From the NCBI RefSeq assembly GCF_963921235.1, contig NC_086109.1:1426001-1490000 (forward strand): DNA of 64,000 bases, read 5' to 3'. Position numbers and translations under genes: made by a program. This DNA comes from Mobula hypostoma (lineage: Eukaryota). How positions within the stretch are numbered: position 1 is the stretch's first letter; the number at the start of each line of letters is the position of its first letter. This document shows, piece after piece, positions 50,120 to 60,419 of this stretch. Under the pieces are notes generated by a model that did not search any database, had not been told where the DNA came from, and was given only the letters and a program-made list of their open reading frames with translations.

Positions 50120-51325
50120 TGCACTGGCAACAAAGACTTCCGACAATCCTGCAAGAAGTTTTGTAATACGACCATAAACATCATCAACTTTATTAGAAGC
50201 AGGTCTCTGAATAATCGCATTTTAAAAAGACTATGTCAAGAAATGGGTGTAGAATATAAAATGCTTCTCCACCACACAGAAATTCGCTGGCTCTCCAAAG
50301 AACAAGTATTGAAGCTGTTGTACGAACTAAAAACAAAAGCTTCACCTTTTCTGAAAAAAGAAAACCCACTCTTGGAATAAGTTGAAACACAAAGAATTGT
50401 ATCCATGGATTGGCTGACCTGACAGATATGTTTAACCACATGAATGAAATAAATCTTTCAGTTCAAAGTCCTGAAGCCACCATTATGCACGGTACTCAAA
50501 TTACCAGCGTTCTGGGCAATGCTGCTGATATGGAAGAAGAGAGTAGACGCCAACATCTTTGCAAACTTTCAAATGTTGGAGGAAGTGTTTCACCAAGATG
50601 GAGCGGTCAACGCCTTTGAAGAGACGTCTGAGGACACGGAAACATTTCAGATCTCTTTCAGAAGTTACTTCCAACCTGATGGCATGGAAGTCGAACCATA
50701 GACCTGGAGTCTTTTTCTTCCTGGTGTAAACAGTATCGAAGATGTTGATCTAGCCAAAGATGAAATTATCGATCTACGGACAAAAAGCGTACTACAATTG
50801 GAGTTCAACTCAAAAGTCCTTGCAGAAGTCAGTTGTTCCTTGAGGGAAGCCTATTCTTGGCTTGTAAAGCGACCTATGGAAGCTTTAATTTCATTTGCAA
50901 TGACATATCTTTGTGAATCAGGATTTTCAACACTTGTAAACATTAAAACAAAAAGAAACCTAAATCGGTTGGATATCCTAAATGACATACGAGTTACTCT
51001 GTCGAAGATCACCCCACAGTTTAATGTTCGTATTCCAGTAAGCAATAACAGCCTTCACACTGACATGTCTTCAAAAATAAAATTTAATTTTAATCTGGCT
51101 ATATTTCAAATGCATAGTCTTGTTACTTAATGCTTTAATAAAGAAAGACATATATTACTGTATCACAGATGTGCTTTTAATATTTTGATAACTTTATTTT
51201 AATATAATCGTTTTTTTGTAATTCTATGTATTTTATTTTATATATTTAAATACATTATTCTGAAAAGGGGACATAGGATCCATCGGACTAGCAAAGGGGT
51301 TCATGGCATAAAAGTTTAGAATCCT

Positions 51326-51535
51326 GCTCTACACTGTCCCATCACACACTCCCAGGACACGGGTCAGACACAGAGTGAAACTCCCTCTACACTGTCCCAT
51401 CACACACTCCCAGGACACGGGTCAGACCCAGAGTGAAACTCCCTCTACACTGTCTCATCACACACTCCCAGGGCACGGGTCAGACACACAGTGAATCTCC
51501 CTTTGGACTATCCCGTCACACACTCCAAGGACAGA
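51326..51535. repeat. 58-bp minisatellite, about 3.7 copies, next to an exon donor
   Basis: acactgtccc recurs at 51331 and 51389 (period 58). Confidence 0.92.
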
Positions 51536-51546
51536 GCAATACTCAC

Positions 51547-51621
51547 CTTTTTCCCACCGGGACCGGCTGATTTCTCTCCTTTCAGCTCCTCATAGACATC
51601 AGTGGCTCCATGGCGCAGGTG
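51547..51621 (-). CDS. FCER1G: FcR-gamma-like chain, extra 75-nt exon (HLRHGATDVYEELKGEKSAGPGGKK)
   Basis: tgtttgtcgctgtag|...|gtgagt; phase 0/0; completes ITAM YEHL-x7-YEEL. Confidence 0.85.
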
Positions 51622-51835
51622 CTACAGCGACAAACACATAATAAGGAAACGTCTACGCATGCAGGGTTTAAAGCCTCTCCCCATCTACACATCACGGACA
51701 GCCCGTTCTCCAATTCAGTTGATTAATCCTCCCACCCATTTCATGTCGGTGCAGGGCCGTGGGCTCCGTCCCCAGCACCTGCCCACAGGTGATGCTCTCC
51801 CTTCCCGCTCCCTCTCACCCCAGCTCCCGCCTAAC

Positions 51836-51886
51836 CTCGTACTCCGACTGCCCGGCCGCTGCTTTCTCCTTCCTCCGATCCAAGAT
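51836..51886 (-). CDS. FCER1G: FcR-gamma-like chain, 51-nt exon (ILDRRKEKAAAGQSEYE)
   Basis: cattcaccgcag|...TACGAG|gttagg; resembles human exon 3 (IQVRKAAITSYE). Confidence 0.82.
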
Positions 51887-52254
51887 CTGCGGTGAATGAT
51901 TGAGAAAGGTTTCAATTATCTTTCAAGTATAACATCATCATCTTCCCCACCGCCCGGCCCTTTAGACAAAGTAATTGTGGGAAGGACGAATGCCCCGCCC
52001 CAATTACAAAGCCACGAATGATCCGTAACCCCGGCACCACCTCTTGCACAAATCCCACTCCCTTCCCCCAGTTTGCTTAATACCCAGCGATGTCTGTCCT
52101 GAATCTCCTCGGTGTTGCAGTCCCACAGCCTCTGGGGGAGAGAATGCTCCCACTGCATTTCTCCCCATCTCCGTCCAGAACGGGTCCACCCCTCATTCTG
52201 AGACTGTTCTTCTTAGACACCATAGTCTGGGGGAACACCCTTCCTACACGCACC

Positions 52255-52620
52255 CTGTGTGTGTGTGTGTCTTTGCGTGCGGTGGGGGGAGGGGTGTAGT
52301 TGTGTGTGTTGTGTGTTGCTTTCTGTCTGTATGTCTGTGGTGTGTGTGTTTCTGTCTGTCTCTGTATGTGTGTGTGTGTTTGTCTGCGTGTCTGTGTTTG
52401 TGTGTCTGTGTGTTTGTGTGTCTGTTCTGTGTATCTGTGTGTTTCTGTGTCTGTGTATCTGTGTTTGCGTGTGTGTCTGTGTGTGTTTGTGTGTCTGTAT
52501 GTCTGTGTATCTGTCTGTGTGTTTGTGTCTGTTCTGTGTATCTGTGTGTGTTTGTCTGTATTTCTGTGTATCTGTCTGTGTGTTTGTGTGTCTGTTCTGT
52601 GTATCTGTGTGTTTGTGCCC
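52255..52620. repeat. Degenerate (TG)n/(TGTC)n compound microsatellite
   Basis: Directly visible; explains the overlapping C/V- and H/T-rich ORFs. Confidence 0.97.
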
Positions 52621-52984
52621 TTCCCTTCTTTCCCAACTAGCCACTCACTATTTTACACCCCCCCCCCACACACACACTCTTTCCCCTGCCTCCCATTTCC
52701 AGAGGAAACAACCCCAGCTTCTCCCATCTCTCCTCAGTGACAGTATTCCAATACCAGAAGTATTCTCATAACACTTCACTCCCCTACTCACGTCCCCCAC
52801 CCTCTCCCAATGACCCCGTCACTCCAGGAATGTGGTGCCCAGAACTGTTCCCAATATCTCGTTCCAGCGAGCCCTCCCCGAGCTTACACTCTGTGTCTGG
52901 GCTATTGTGTCCCGAAAGCCCATATTAGGTTAGTCAAGTGAGAAACTCATCTTCATACCCTCACACTGTCCCCCAGTAACCCGT

Positions 52985-53175
52985 CTCCCCCAGCACCCAG
53001 TGTCCCACTGATATTAATCCAGCTCCCTCACACTATCCTTCAGCGTCCCTCAACCACAGCACCCAGTGTCACTGCCTGTGTCCCCATTGGTATTAATCCA
53101 GCTCCCTCACACTAACCTTCAGTATACCCTCAACCCCAGCGCCCTGTGTCGCCGACTGTGTCCCTACTGATGGGA
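52985..53175. repeat. Imperfect tandem duplication adjacent to the transmembrane-exon donor
   Basis: tattaatccagctccctcacacta and cagcacccagtgtc each recur. Confidence 0.7.
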
Positions 53176-53186
53176 ATGTAACTCAC

Positions 53187-53278
53187 CTTCAGACGGCAGT
53201 ACAGAGCCGTTAACACCGTCCCGTAGACAAAGAGTATCGCATCGAGCACATAACAAATCTCAGGCTCACGCAGTCCAG
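53187..53278 (-). CDS. FCER1G: FcR-gamma-like chain, transmembrane exon ((A)GLREPEICYVLDAILFVYGTVLTALYCRLK)
   Basis: 92 nt, phase 1/0, same size as human FCER1G exon 2; CYxLD dimerisation motif and LYCRLK; ttttctctctctgggcag acceptor, gtgagt donor. Confidence 0.95.
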
Positions 53279-53939
53279 CTGCCCAGAGAGAGAAAAGTGT
53301 GAGGATGATCCTGTTGCAAGGAACGGCAGCACTAGGCAAAGGGGCTCGTTCCGGCGACAAACCGGCTGTGGCCCCTTTCTAGCCTTACGAACGGGCTTGC
53401 TGATGCCCCAGGGCAGAGTTTAAACCCAAGGCAGGGAGATGGGAAACTGAGCAAAGACCGAGAAGGGAGAGAAGCAGGACTGGGATATGGAAACTGGACT
53501 CGTCCTTGGAGGGCAGAGACAGAAATGGTGGAAAACACAGTGGCCATACGGAATGGCAGGGAACTGTGCGAGAGTCTAGTGGATGTGAGGGCAATGGTAC
53601 ACACTGTGGCAGTAAAGGAGATGAAGCTTCAGGCCTGTATGCTGAACGGAACGTGATAGGGTTTCTGGCAGAATACCTGGGTGAGATGGGAAAGGAAGGT
53701 GGGGGAAAAGATTAGTTAACAGACCAGTCACCCTGCGAGAAGGGATGATGCACAATCGCGTGCGGTGGCGGTGGGAGCTGGAGGACGAGGCTCGGTCACG
53801 ACGCTTCGTGACGCTCTAACTGATCACACTGTAACCTCATCTCCACATTTCCACCTCGCACCAGTGAGCTTTCAGCCTCTTCTCACGAAGAATCTCTCGA
53901 CCTCCATCTTCTAAAGAGTCTCTGCTTCACAGCCATTTG

Positions 53940-54215
53940 TATTTATTATTGAAAAGCAGCGCGGAAAAGGCGTTTCTGGCCCTTCGAGCAGTGCCAACTA
54001 ACCATTAACACCCGATTCCATCCTAGCCTCATCACGGGACAATTTACCATGACCGATTCACCTACCAACCGGCATGTCTTTGGACTGCGGGCGGACACCG
54101 GAGCACCCGGAGGAAAGCTGCGCGGTCACGTTCAAACCCCTTACCGACAGCGGCAGGAACTGAACGCAGGTGGCCGATACTCTAAAGCGTTGTTCTAACC
54201 ACCACACTACCACGC
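53940..54215 (-). mobile_element. V-SINE (HE1-like)
   Basis: gtctttggactgcgggcggacaccggagcacccggagg is the antisense V-domain core. Confidence 0.75.
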
Positions 54216-54944
54216 CGCCCTCTTCGTGGAAGAGGGTTCCAAACGTACACGACCCTCAGAGAGAGAAACAAAACTGCCTCGTTTCCACTTAAACCACCCA
54301 CTCCATATTTTCAGCCAACGATTCCTGGTGCCAGAATGCCCCACAAGCTGAAACATCCTCTCCATACAAGTCCGACATGTTTCAGTCGGTCTCTCCTGAT
54401 TGTAAACTGGAATGGATTTACACAATGCCTGTAATCGGCCCCTCACACACAATCCTCCTATTCCAGGTTGTTGGCCAATGAAATGATTGCCCGCATGAGA
54501 TCTGTCCCCGGTTCCTAAAAGGTAGACTCCAGTGAGTCCGACTACAGCTTCTCCGTCCCCGCCAGCGACAGGAGCGAACCAGCAGCTGGAAACATTGCAA
54601 ACTGGAGGAAGGGACAAGACAATAATCAGCGTGTCCTTGTTGCTGGGCAAGTGATTGTTGCTCATTCCAAAAGACGGCATAGCCACCGCAGACTGTCAAC
54701 AGAGGACAATTACCCTTGACTTCATGGTTTACCGAGGGGGGAAGTGAAGGGCAAATTGCTTGATGTGATCTACATGATTTGAACAAGGCTTTTGATCCAG
54801 TCCTAGCTGCAGTCCGATGACTAATAGATCCCATGGGATCCGAGTAAAAATATTTGACCCAAGTTGGCTCTGTGGGAGAAAGCAGAGGGCATTACTAAGA
54901 TGAAGGTCCGGGCCTCAGCCCTCATGCTGTGTTGAAGATAATAA

Positions 54945-55982
54945 CAGAATAGTACAGCACAGTACAGGCCTTTCGGCCCACAATGTTGTGCCGACCCTAA
55001 AACCCTGCCTCCCATATAAGCCCCCACCTTAAATTCCTCCATATACCTGTCTGGTAATCTCTTAAACTTCACTAGTGTATCTGCCTCCACCACTGACTCA
55101 GGCAGTGCATTCCACCACTCTCTGAGTAAAATACCTTCCTCTAATATCCCCCTTGAACTTCCCACCCCTTACCTTAAAGCCATGTCCTCTTGTATTGAGC
55201 AGTGGTGCCCTGGGGAAGAGGCGCTGGCTATCCACTCTATCTATTCCTCTTATTATCTTGTACACCTCTATCATGTCTCCTCTCATCCTCCTCCTCTCCA
55301 AAGAGTAAAGCCCTAGCTCCCTTAATCTCTGATCATAATGCATACTTTCTAAACCAGGCAGCATCTTGGTAAATCTCCTCTGTACCCTTTCCAATGCTTC
55401 CACATCCTTCCTATAGTGAGGTGACCAAAACTGGACACAGTACTCCAAGTGTGGCCTAACCAGAGTTTTATAGAGCTGCATCATTACATTGCGACTCTTA
55501 AACTCTATCTCTCGACTTATGAAAGCAAACACCCCATAAGCTTTCTTAACTACCCTATCCAACTGTGAGGCAACTTTCAGGGAATCTGTGGACATGTACC
55601 CCGAGATCCCTCTGCTCTTCCACACTACCAAGTATCCTGCCATTTACTTTGTACTCTGCCTTGGAGTTTGTCCTTCCAAAGTGTACCACCTCACACTCCT
55701 TTCGGTTGAACTCCATCTGCCACTTCTCAGCCCACTTTTGCATCCTATCAATGTGTCTCTGCAATCTTTGACAATCCTCTACACTATCTACAACACCACC
55801 AACCTTTGTGTCGTCTGCAAACTTGCCAACCCACCGTTCGACCCCCACATCCAGGTCGTTAATAAAAATCACGAAAAGTAGAGGTCCCAGAACAGATCGT
55901 TGTGGGACACCGCTAGTCACAATCCTCCAATCTGAATGAACTCCCTCCACCACCACCCACTGCCTTCTGCAGGCAAGCCAAT
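54945..55982 (-). mobile_element. 5'-truncated CR1 (family of 26469-30579)
   Basis: ORFs 55098-55643 and 55555-55980 are near-identical to 29500-30560. Confidence 0.94.
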
Positions 55983-56479
55983 TAGAATTTTGCCACCATT
56001 GTGAGAGCCTCGTGTTTCCAACAGTATTCTGCAGAGTGCAAGTCCACCAGAGCCACAAATCCCATCTGACTTCTACTCTCCCCTGCACTCCCCACACCAC
56101 TACCAGTTTTGGCATGCGGGTCAGGAGAGAGGGATACTGACCAGGGTGAGTGTGCTGTTATTCAGTGAGCTTCACACAACCTTCCATCAAGTTTTGGGAT
56201 TAGCTGACAATGTAGAAGGGTCTCCTGGAACATTGAAGACAAACTCTAGCTGATAGCAGCCACTCTGAGCTAATGGTCACCGGTACGTGATCTAGAACAA
56301 CGGGTCACAATCTAGAACAGTGGGTCACAGGCTCACCTATCCAGAACAGGTACCATTAGTCCCTCTTATCTAGAACAATGGGTCATGAATCATAGATCAC
56401 TAAGCCTCCTCTGATGTAGAACAATGGATTGTATAATGCGTGGTCAACTTACAATGGAGACCACAGTCAATGGCCACTG

Positions 56480-57080
56480 TTTTCTAGAACAAAGGTTCAA
56501 GTTTATTGTCATTACTGTACATATATACAACCAAATGAAACAACATTCTTCTGGACCAAGGAACTCTCGTAGAAGATATAACACACATAAAGCACATAAA
56601 TCAAAGTATTACCATAAGTTAATAAATTATAACTCAAAATTCATGCAGCACAGCTAAACAGCAGACAGTACTGTAAACAGTAAATGGCTTATTGTCCTAG
56701 TGATGAGAACTCGGTGGGGGCAGGGGAGGGTATTCACTAATCTCACAGCCTGAGGGAAGAGGCTGTTACCCAGTCTGGCAATCCTAGTCCTGATGCTCCT
56801 GTACCTTCTTCCTGGTGGTAGTGGTTCAAAGAGATTCTGGGGTGGATAGTAGGGGATCCTCAACAAAGCTTTGGGCCCTTTATCTGCAATACTCCTGGGA
56901 AATGTCACAAATGGGGAGGGGGTAGAGAAAAGACCCGGCAATCCTCTTGGCAGTTTTAACTATCCTCTGTAGGGTCTTGCGATCTGCTGCCTTGCCACAC
57001 AACCCATACTCCGTACTACACAATAGTGCAGCCAGACAAAATGCTTCCAATGAAAATTGTCAGAATGGGGTTGCGGAGCC
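56480..57080 (-). mobile_element. Rex-like 3' fragment
   Basis: LPPGRRYRSIRTRIARLGNSLFPQAVRLVN. Confidence 0.75.
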
Positions 57081-57139
57081 TAGAGCTCAAAAGAAACGCT
57101 CTCTACAAACTGCCAACAGCCAAAATAATTCAAAGGTTT

Positions 57140-59371
57140 GCGAATGGGTAACCAAACAGGTCCGAGACAACTGATTGGGGGGGGGGGGGTGCTATATAAA
57201 TGCTAGCACTCCCAGAGAGAAACACCAACAACTGTGCATTGCAGAAGTCACCTCAACTGGTGATGAAACTTTTGTTAGCTAATTGCAAACTCGGTGAACA
57301 CCACATCATCAACAGTGTAGTGTGGAGTGTCTGAAATGTGGTTTTACACAAGCCCCAAGCAACCAACATGTCTGTGTGTGAAGAAGTGTCTTCAAATGAG
57401 GCAATGAAACCGTCCAGGCTCTTTGAACATTTGAAGAGGATAGACCCTGATAAAGCAAACAAGAACTTGGCTTATTTTCAGTCACTTCACGAAAACTTTC
57501 AGAAACAGAAAACACTTGAAACCATATTTGCCAGCACTTCACAATGACAGTGATAGATCGTGTGCTTTGTACAAAATTCCATTGCTCATTGCCAAATCTG
57601 GAAAGCCCTATACGATTGGAGACAAACTGACGTAGAAAGTTCAGAGTACTGTTTTCCATAAATCATCAGACCAAACAATTCTGCTCAGTGACAACTCTTC
57701 AAAGACAAATAGATGAAACGTTTGAGAATGTGGAAGACAAATTGAGCTGTGCAATATACAGAATTTGCTCTGCAGTTGGACCAGTCAGCTTTACCAGGCA
57801 ATGGATCTTTGCTTCTTGGTTTTCTCGCTTCATAAAGGATGAAAGCCTGAAACATAGAAAACCTACAGCACAATACAGGCCCTTCAGCCCACAATGCTGT
57901 GCCGAACATATACTTACTTTAGAGATTACCTAGTGTTACCCATAGCCCTCTATTTTTCTGAGCTCCATGTACCTATCCAAGAATCTCTTAAAAGACTATT
58001 GTATCAAGAGTTGTTATTTGCAAGGGAACTAGAAAGGGGAAGTCAATATTTTGGGTTATTGAGCAATTTTTAAAGAGAAGGATATTCCGTTCACCAACAT
58101 TGTTGCTAGTGCAACAGATGGGACACCATCAATGACAGGATGCCACATAGGGGTTGATATCTTGCAGAAAACTCTACATATTTACCATTCACTGCGTAAT
58201 TCACAGGTAACATCTCATTGCAAAAGTACTTAAATGATCATCTGCACAAATCATTACTGTTATCACAGCTGTAAATAAATCAAAACTCATGGTCTCAATT
58301 CACTAATTTTTCAAGAGCTTTGTATTGAGAATGATGAACGCCTACTCTTGCATACAGAAGTCCAATAGCTCTGAAAAGGAAACTGCCTGAGACGCTTGTG
58401 TGTATCTTTAAACACTGATAAATTCTTTGAAGATATAAATACTTAATTGAGTAGTCAACTGAAGAATATGAGGCATGCCTTTTCTTATTTGTCAGAATTA
58501 TTGGCAAAATTTAATTAAATCAGTCTTCAATTGCAAGAAAATGAAGTGAATCTTATCAAAGTCAAATCAGTTGTCTCCATCTTTCTGTCTAAGCTAACCC
58601 TATTTAAGTGCAACATTGGCCATCACAAACTTTTCCAATTTCTGAGCCTCTCTGAGTTGAAAGAGAAAGAAAGGATATCAGATGATTTTCATGTATACTG
58701 TGTCCACTTGGGTGAACTGCATAAAGACATATCAGTGAGATTTCAGGATCTTCTCTTGATCCAAATTCGGTAACAAATCCATTCCAAAACCACTTGTATT
58801 GAGGAATTAACAGGAAGGATGGAGAAAAAAACTGATCTTTGAACTGAAGTCAAAGTTCAGAATCATATCAAGCCTTTTGGTTGCAGAAAGAAATCTTTGA
58901 ATGTTATCCTGCATTGTGAAAAAAAAACGTTTATTGCTTTTCCAACATCATATTCAGTGCAGTCGCCCAACTTCTTTCAAAGCAATTAAACCAACAGTGA
59001 ATTACTATAGGTGGGGATTTAAGACTCTTGAGTGACATTTAGCATGAAACTGAGATTACTGCACCAATCGCATCCATCTCATTGTAAGGTGAAAAGGCAA
59101 TAAAATAGTGAATAGTTGGACTGCACATATACACTCTAAAATTGTTGATGAAAATTATTTTGCTGTAATTAAAATTACTTTTAGCTATAAATAGATATGA
59201 ATTATTTTTTGCAATTAACTGTAACCGCTTTGAATTTCTAGTTCCTATTTGCTTTCACTGTGCATCGAAAGTCATCGTTTAATAGCTTAGTAGCAGTAGA
59301 GGGAGAAGGGGGTGCTGGACTGTGGTCTGGAGCCCATGGGACGGTAACCCAAAAAGGTTTGGGAACCACTG
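57140..59371 (+). mobile_element. Second hAT (Charlie/Buster-like) transposon fossil, with a short CR1 tail nested at about 57850-57990
   Basis: CEEVSSNEAMKPSRLFEHLKR; ATDGTPSM; HCVIHR; 3' TIR ggtttgggaaccactg at 59356-59371; 5' TIR not found. Confidence 0.82.
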
Positions 59372-59859
59372 GTGTAGGGGGAGCTTCACTGTTTTTATCT
59401 TATCCCATATCCTGGAGGTGACTGCCAGCACACCATCCCACTGTGTGTGTGTTCCTGTTATCAGCTGGGTAATCTCAGACAGCACATATGAGATCTCTCA
59501 CTTTGGGTCTGGTGGAGTACGTGAGATGAGGAGATGTGACTGTGATGACACCCTTCCCGAGGCCCCTTGACTGTTCCAATCAGATCAAGCTGTGACCAAC
59601 ACGGCAGTTCAGTAAGCGACTGTTTCAAAACCCCTGAACAGAACGGTCAGCTTCACCACTCCTCCTCTCACAACTAGGTGGCTGCCCACCCTTCCTCCCG
59701 TTTATAAAACCAGGGTCCAGTCTGCATTTGGCCTTTGAATTCCTCTATCTCGTTCCCCACTCTGACAAACACGGGGCATTTTATTGAACAGTACACACTG
59801 CAGCAGGTGGTGGAACAAATGAGTATTCGGGTTTCAGGACAGGGAAATGTTTGGTCGCG

Positions 59860-60400
59860 GTTAGGACGGTGGACGAGTTTGCAATTGAAAGGCTGCTTTA
59901 TCCTGGATAGTGTTGACCATCTGCAGAGTTGTTAAAGCTGCAGTCAGCCAGGCAAATGGAGAGTGTTCCATCATACTTCTGATTTGTGCTTTGTGGGTGA
60001 GTGAAAGGACTTGGGTTATCAGGAGGCAAGTCGCTCTCCACAGGTCCCCAGTCTCTGACATGCTCCTGTAGCCACAGTGTCTGATCCGGTTGAGAATGCT
60101 GATGGTGGGGACTGGGCGATGGGAATGTCGGGGGGGATGCGGTCAGACACTCTCTCTTGGTAGCGATGTCACTGCCTGGTACTTGTGTGGTGTGAATATT
60201 ACCTGTCATTTCTCACCCTCTGTCTGACTGTTACCTGGATGCAGGCATGAGCTGCTTCACCTGCTGTGGGAATGAGACTGAATATTTTGCAATCACTAGT
60301 GAGTATTCCCACTTCTGACCTCAGGATGGAAAGACAGCCTATTTATTGAAGAGGAACAAGAAAAAGCTTGAAGGCTAAATGGCTTCCGGCTGCTTCTACC
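59860..60400 (-). mobile_element. Degenerate L2/CR1-group LINE fragment
   Basis: HKAQIRSMMEHSPFAWLTAALTTLQMVNTIQDKAA. Confidence 0.65.
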
Positions 60401-60419
60401 ACCCTCGTGAAGGCTGTTG

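Larger units (their letters stand above)
45900..51325 (+). mobile_element. hAT (Charlie/Buster, ZBED8/FAM200-like) transposon fossil with nested Penelope, CR1 and LTR insertions; 5' end uncertain
   Basis: PLSNNVI, FSMKLDETTDMSQCSQ, DGAPAM, HRHALATK (rejoined across the LTR), HTEIRWLSK, YLCESGFS; degenerate 3' TIR near 51310-51326. Confidence 0.85.

Noticed and set aside
49166-50380. Long ORFs with repeated WTG/SSP motifs
   Set aside because: They come from tandem arrays in a solo LTR; the last one runs into hAT transposase sequence.
51326-51535. Regularly spaced repeats as a CRISPR array
   Set aside because: Eukaryotic context; units are head-to-tail with no unique spacers.
52044-52771. Four overlapping 130-198 aa Cys/Val- or His/Thr-rich ORFs
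   Set aside because: Translation of a TG/CA microsatellite that lacks stop codons.
56025-56145. Plus-strand exon-like segment (ccaacag ... CAGG|gtgagt) with one open frame
   Set aside because: No recognisable protein and no partner exons found.
59690-59712. TATA plus GAGGAAG on the minus strand as the FCER1G promoter
   Set aside because: No downstream ATG with a hydrophobic frame and a phase-1 donor was found.
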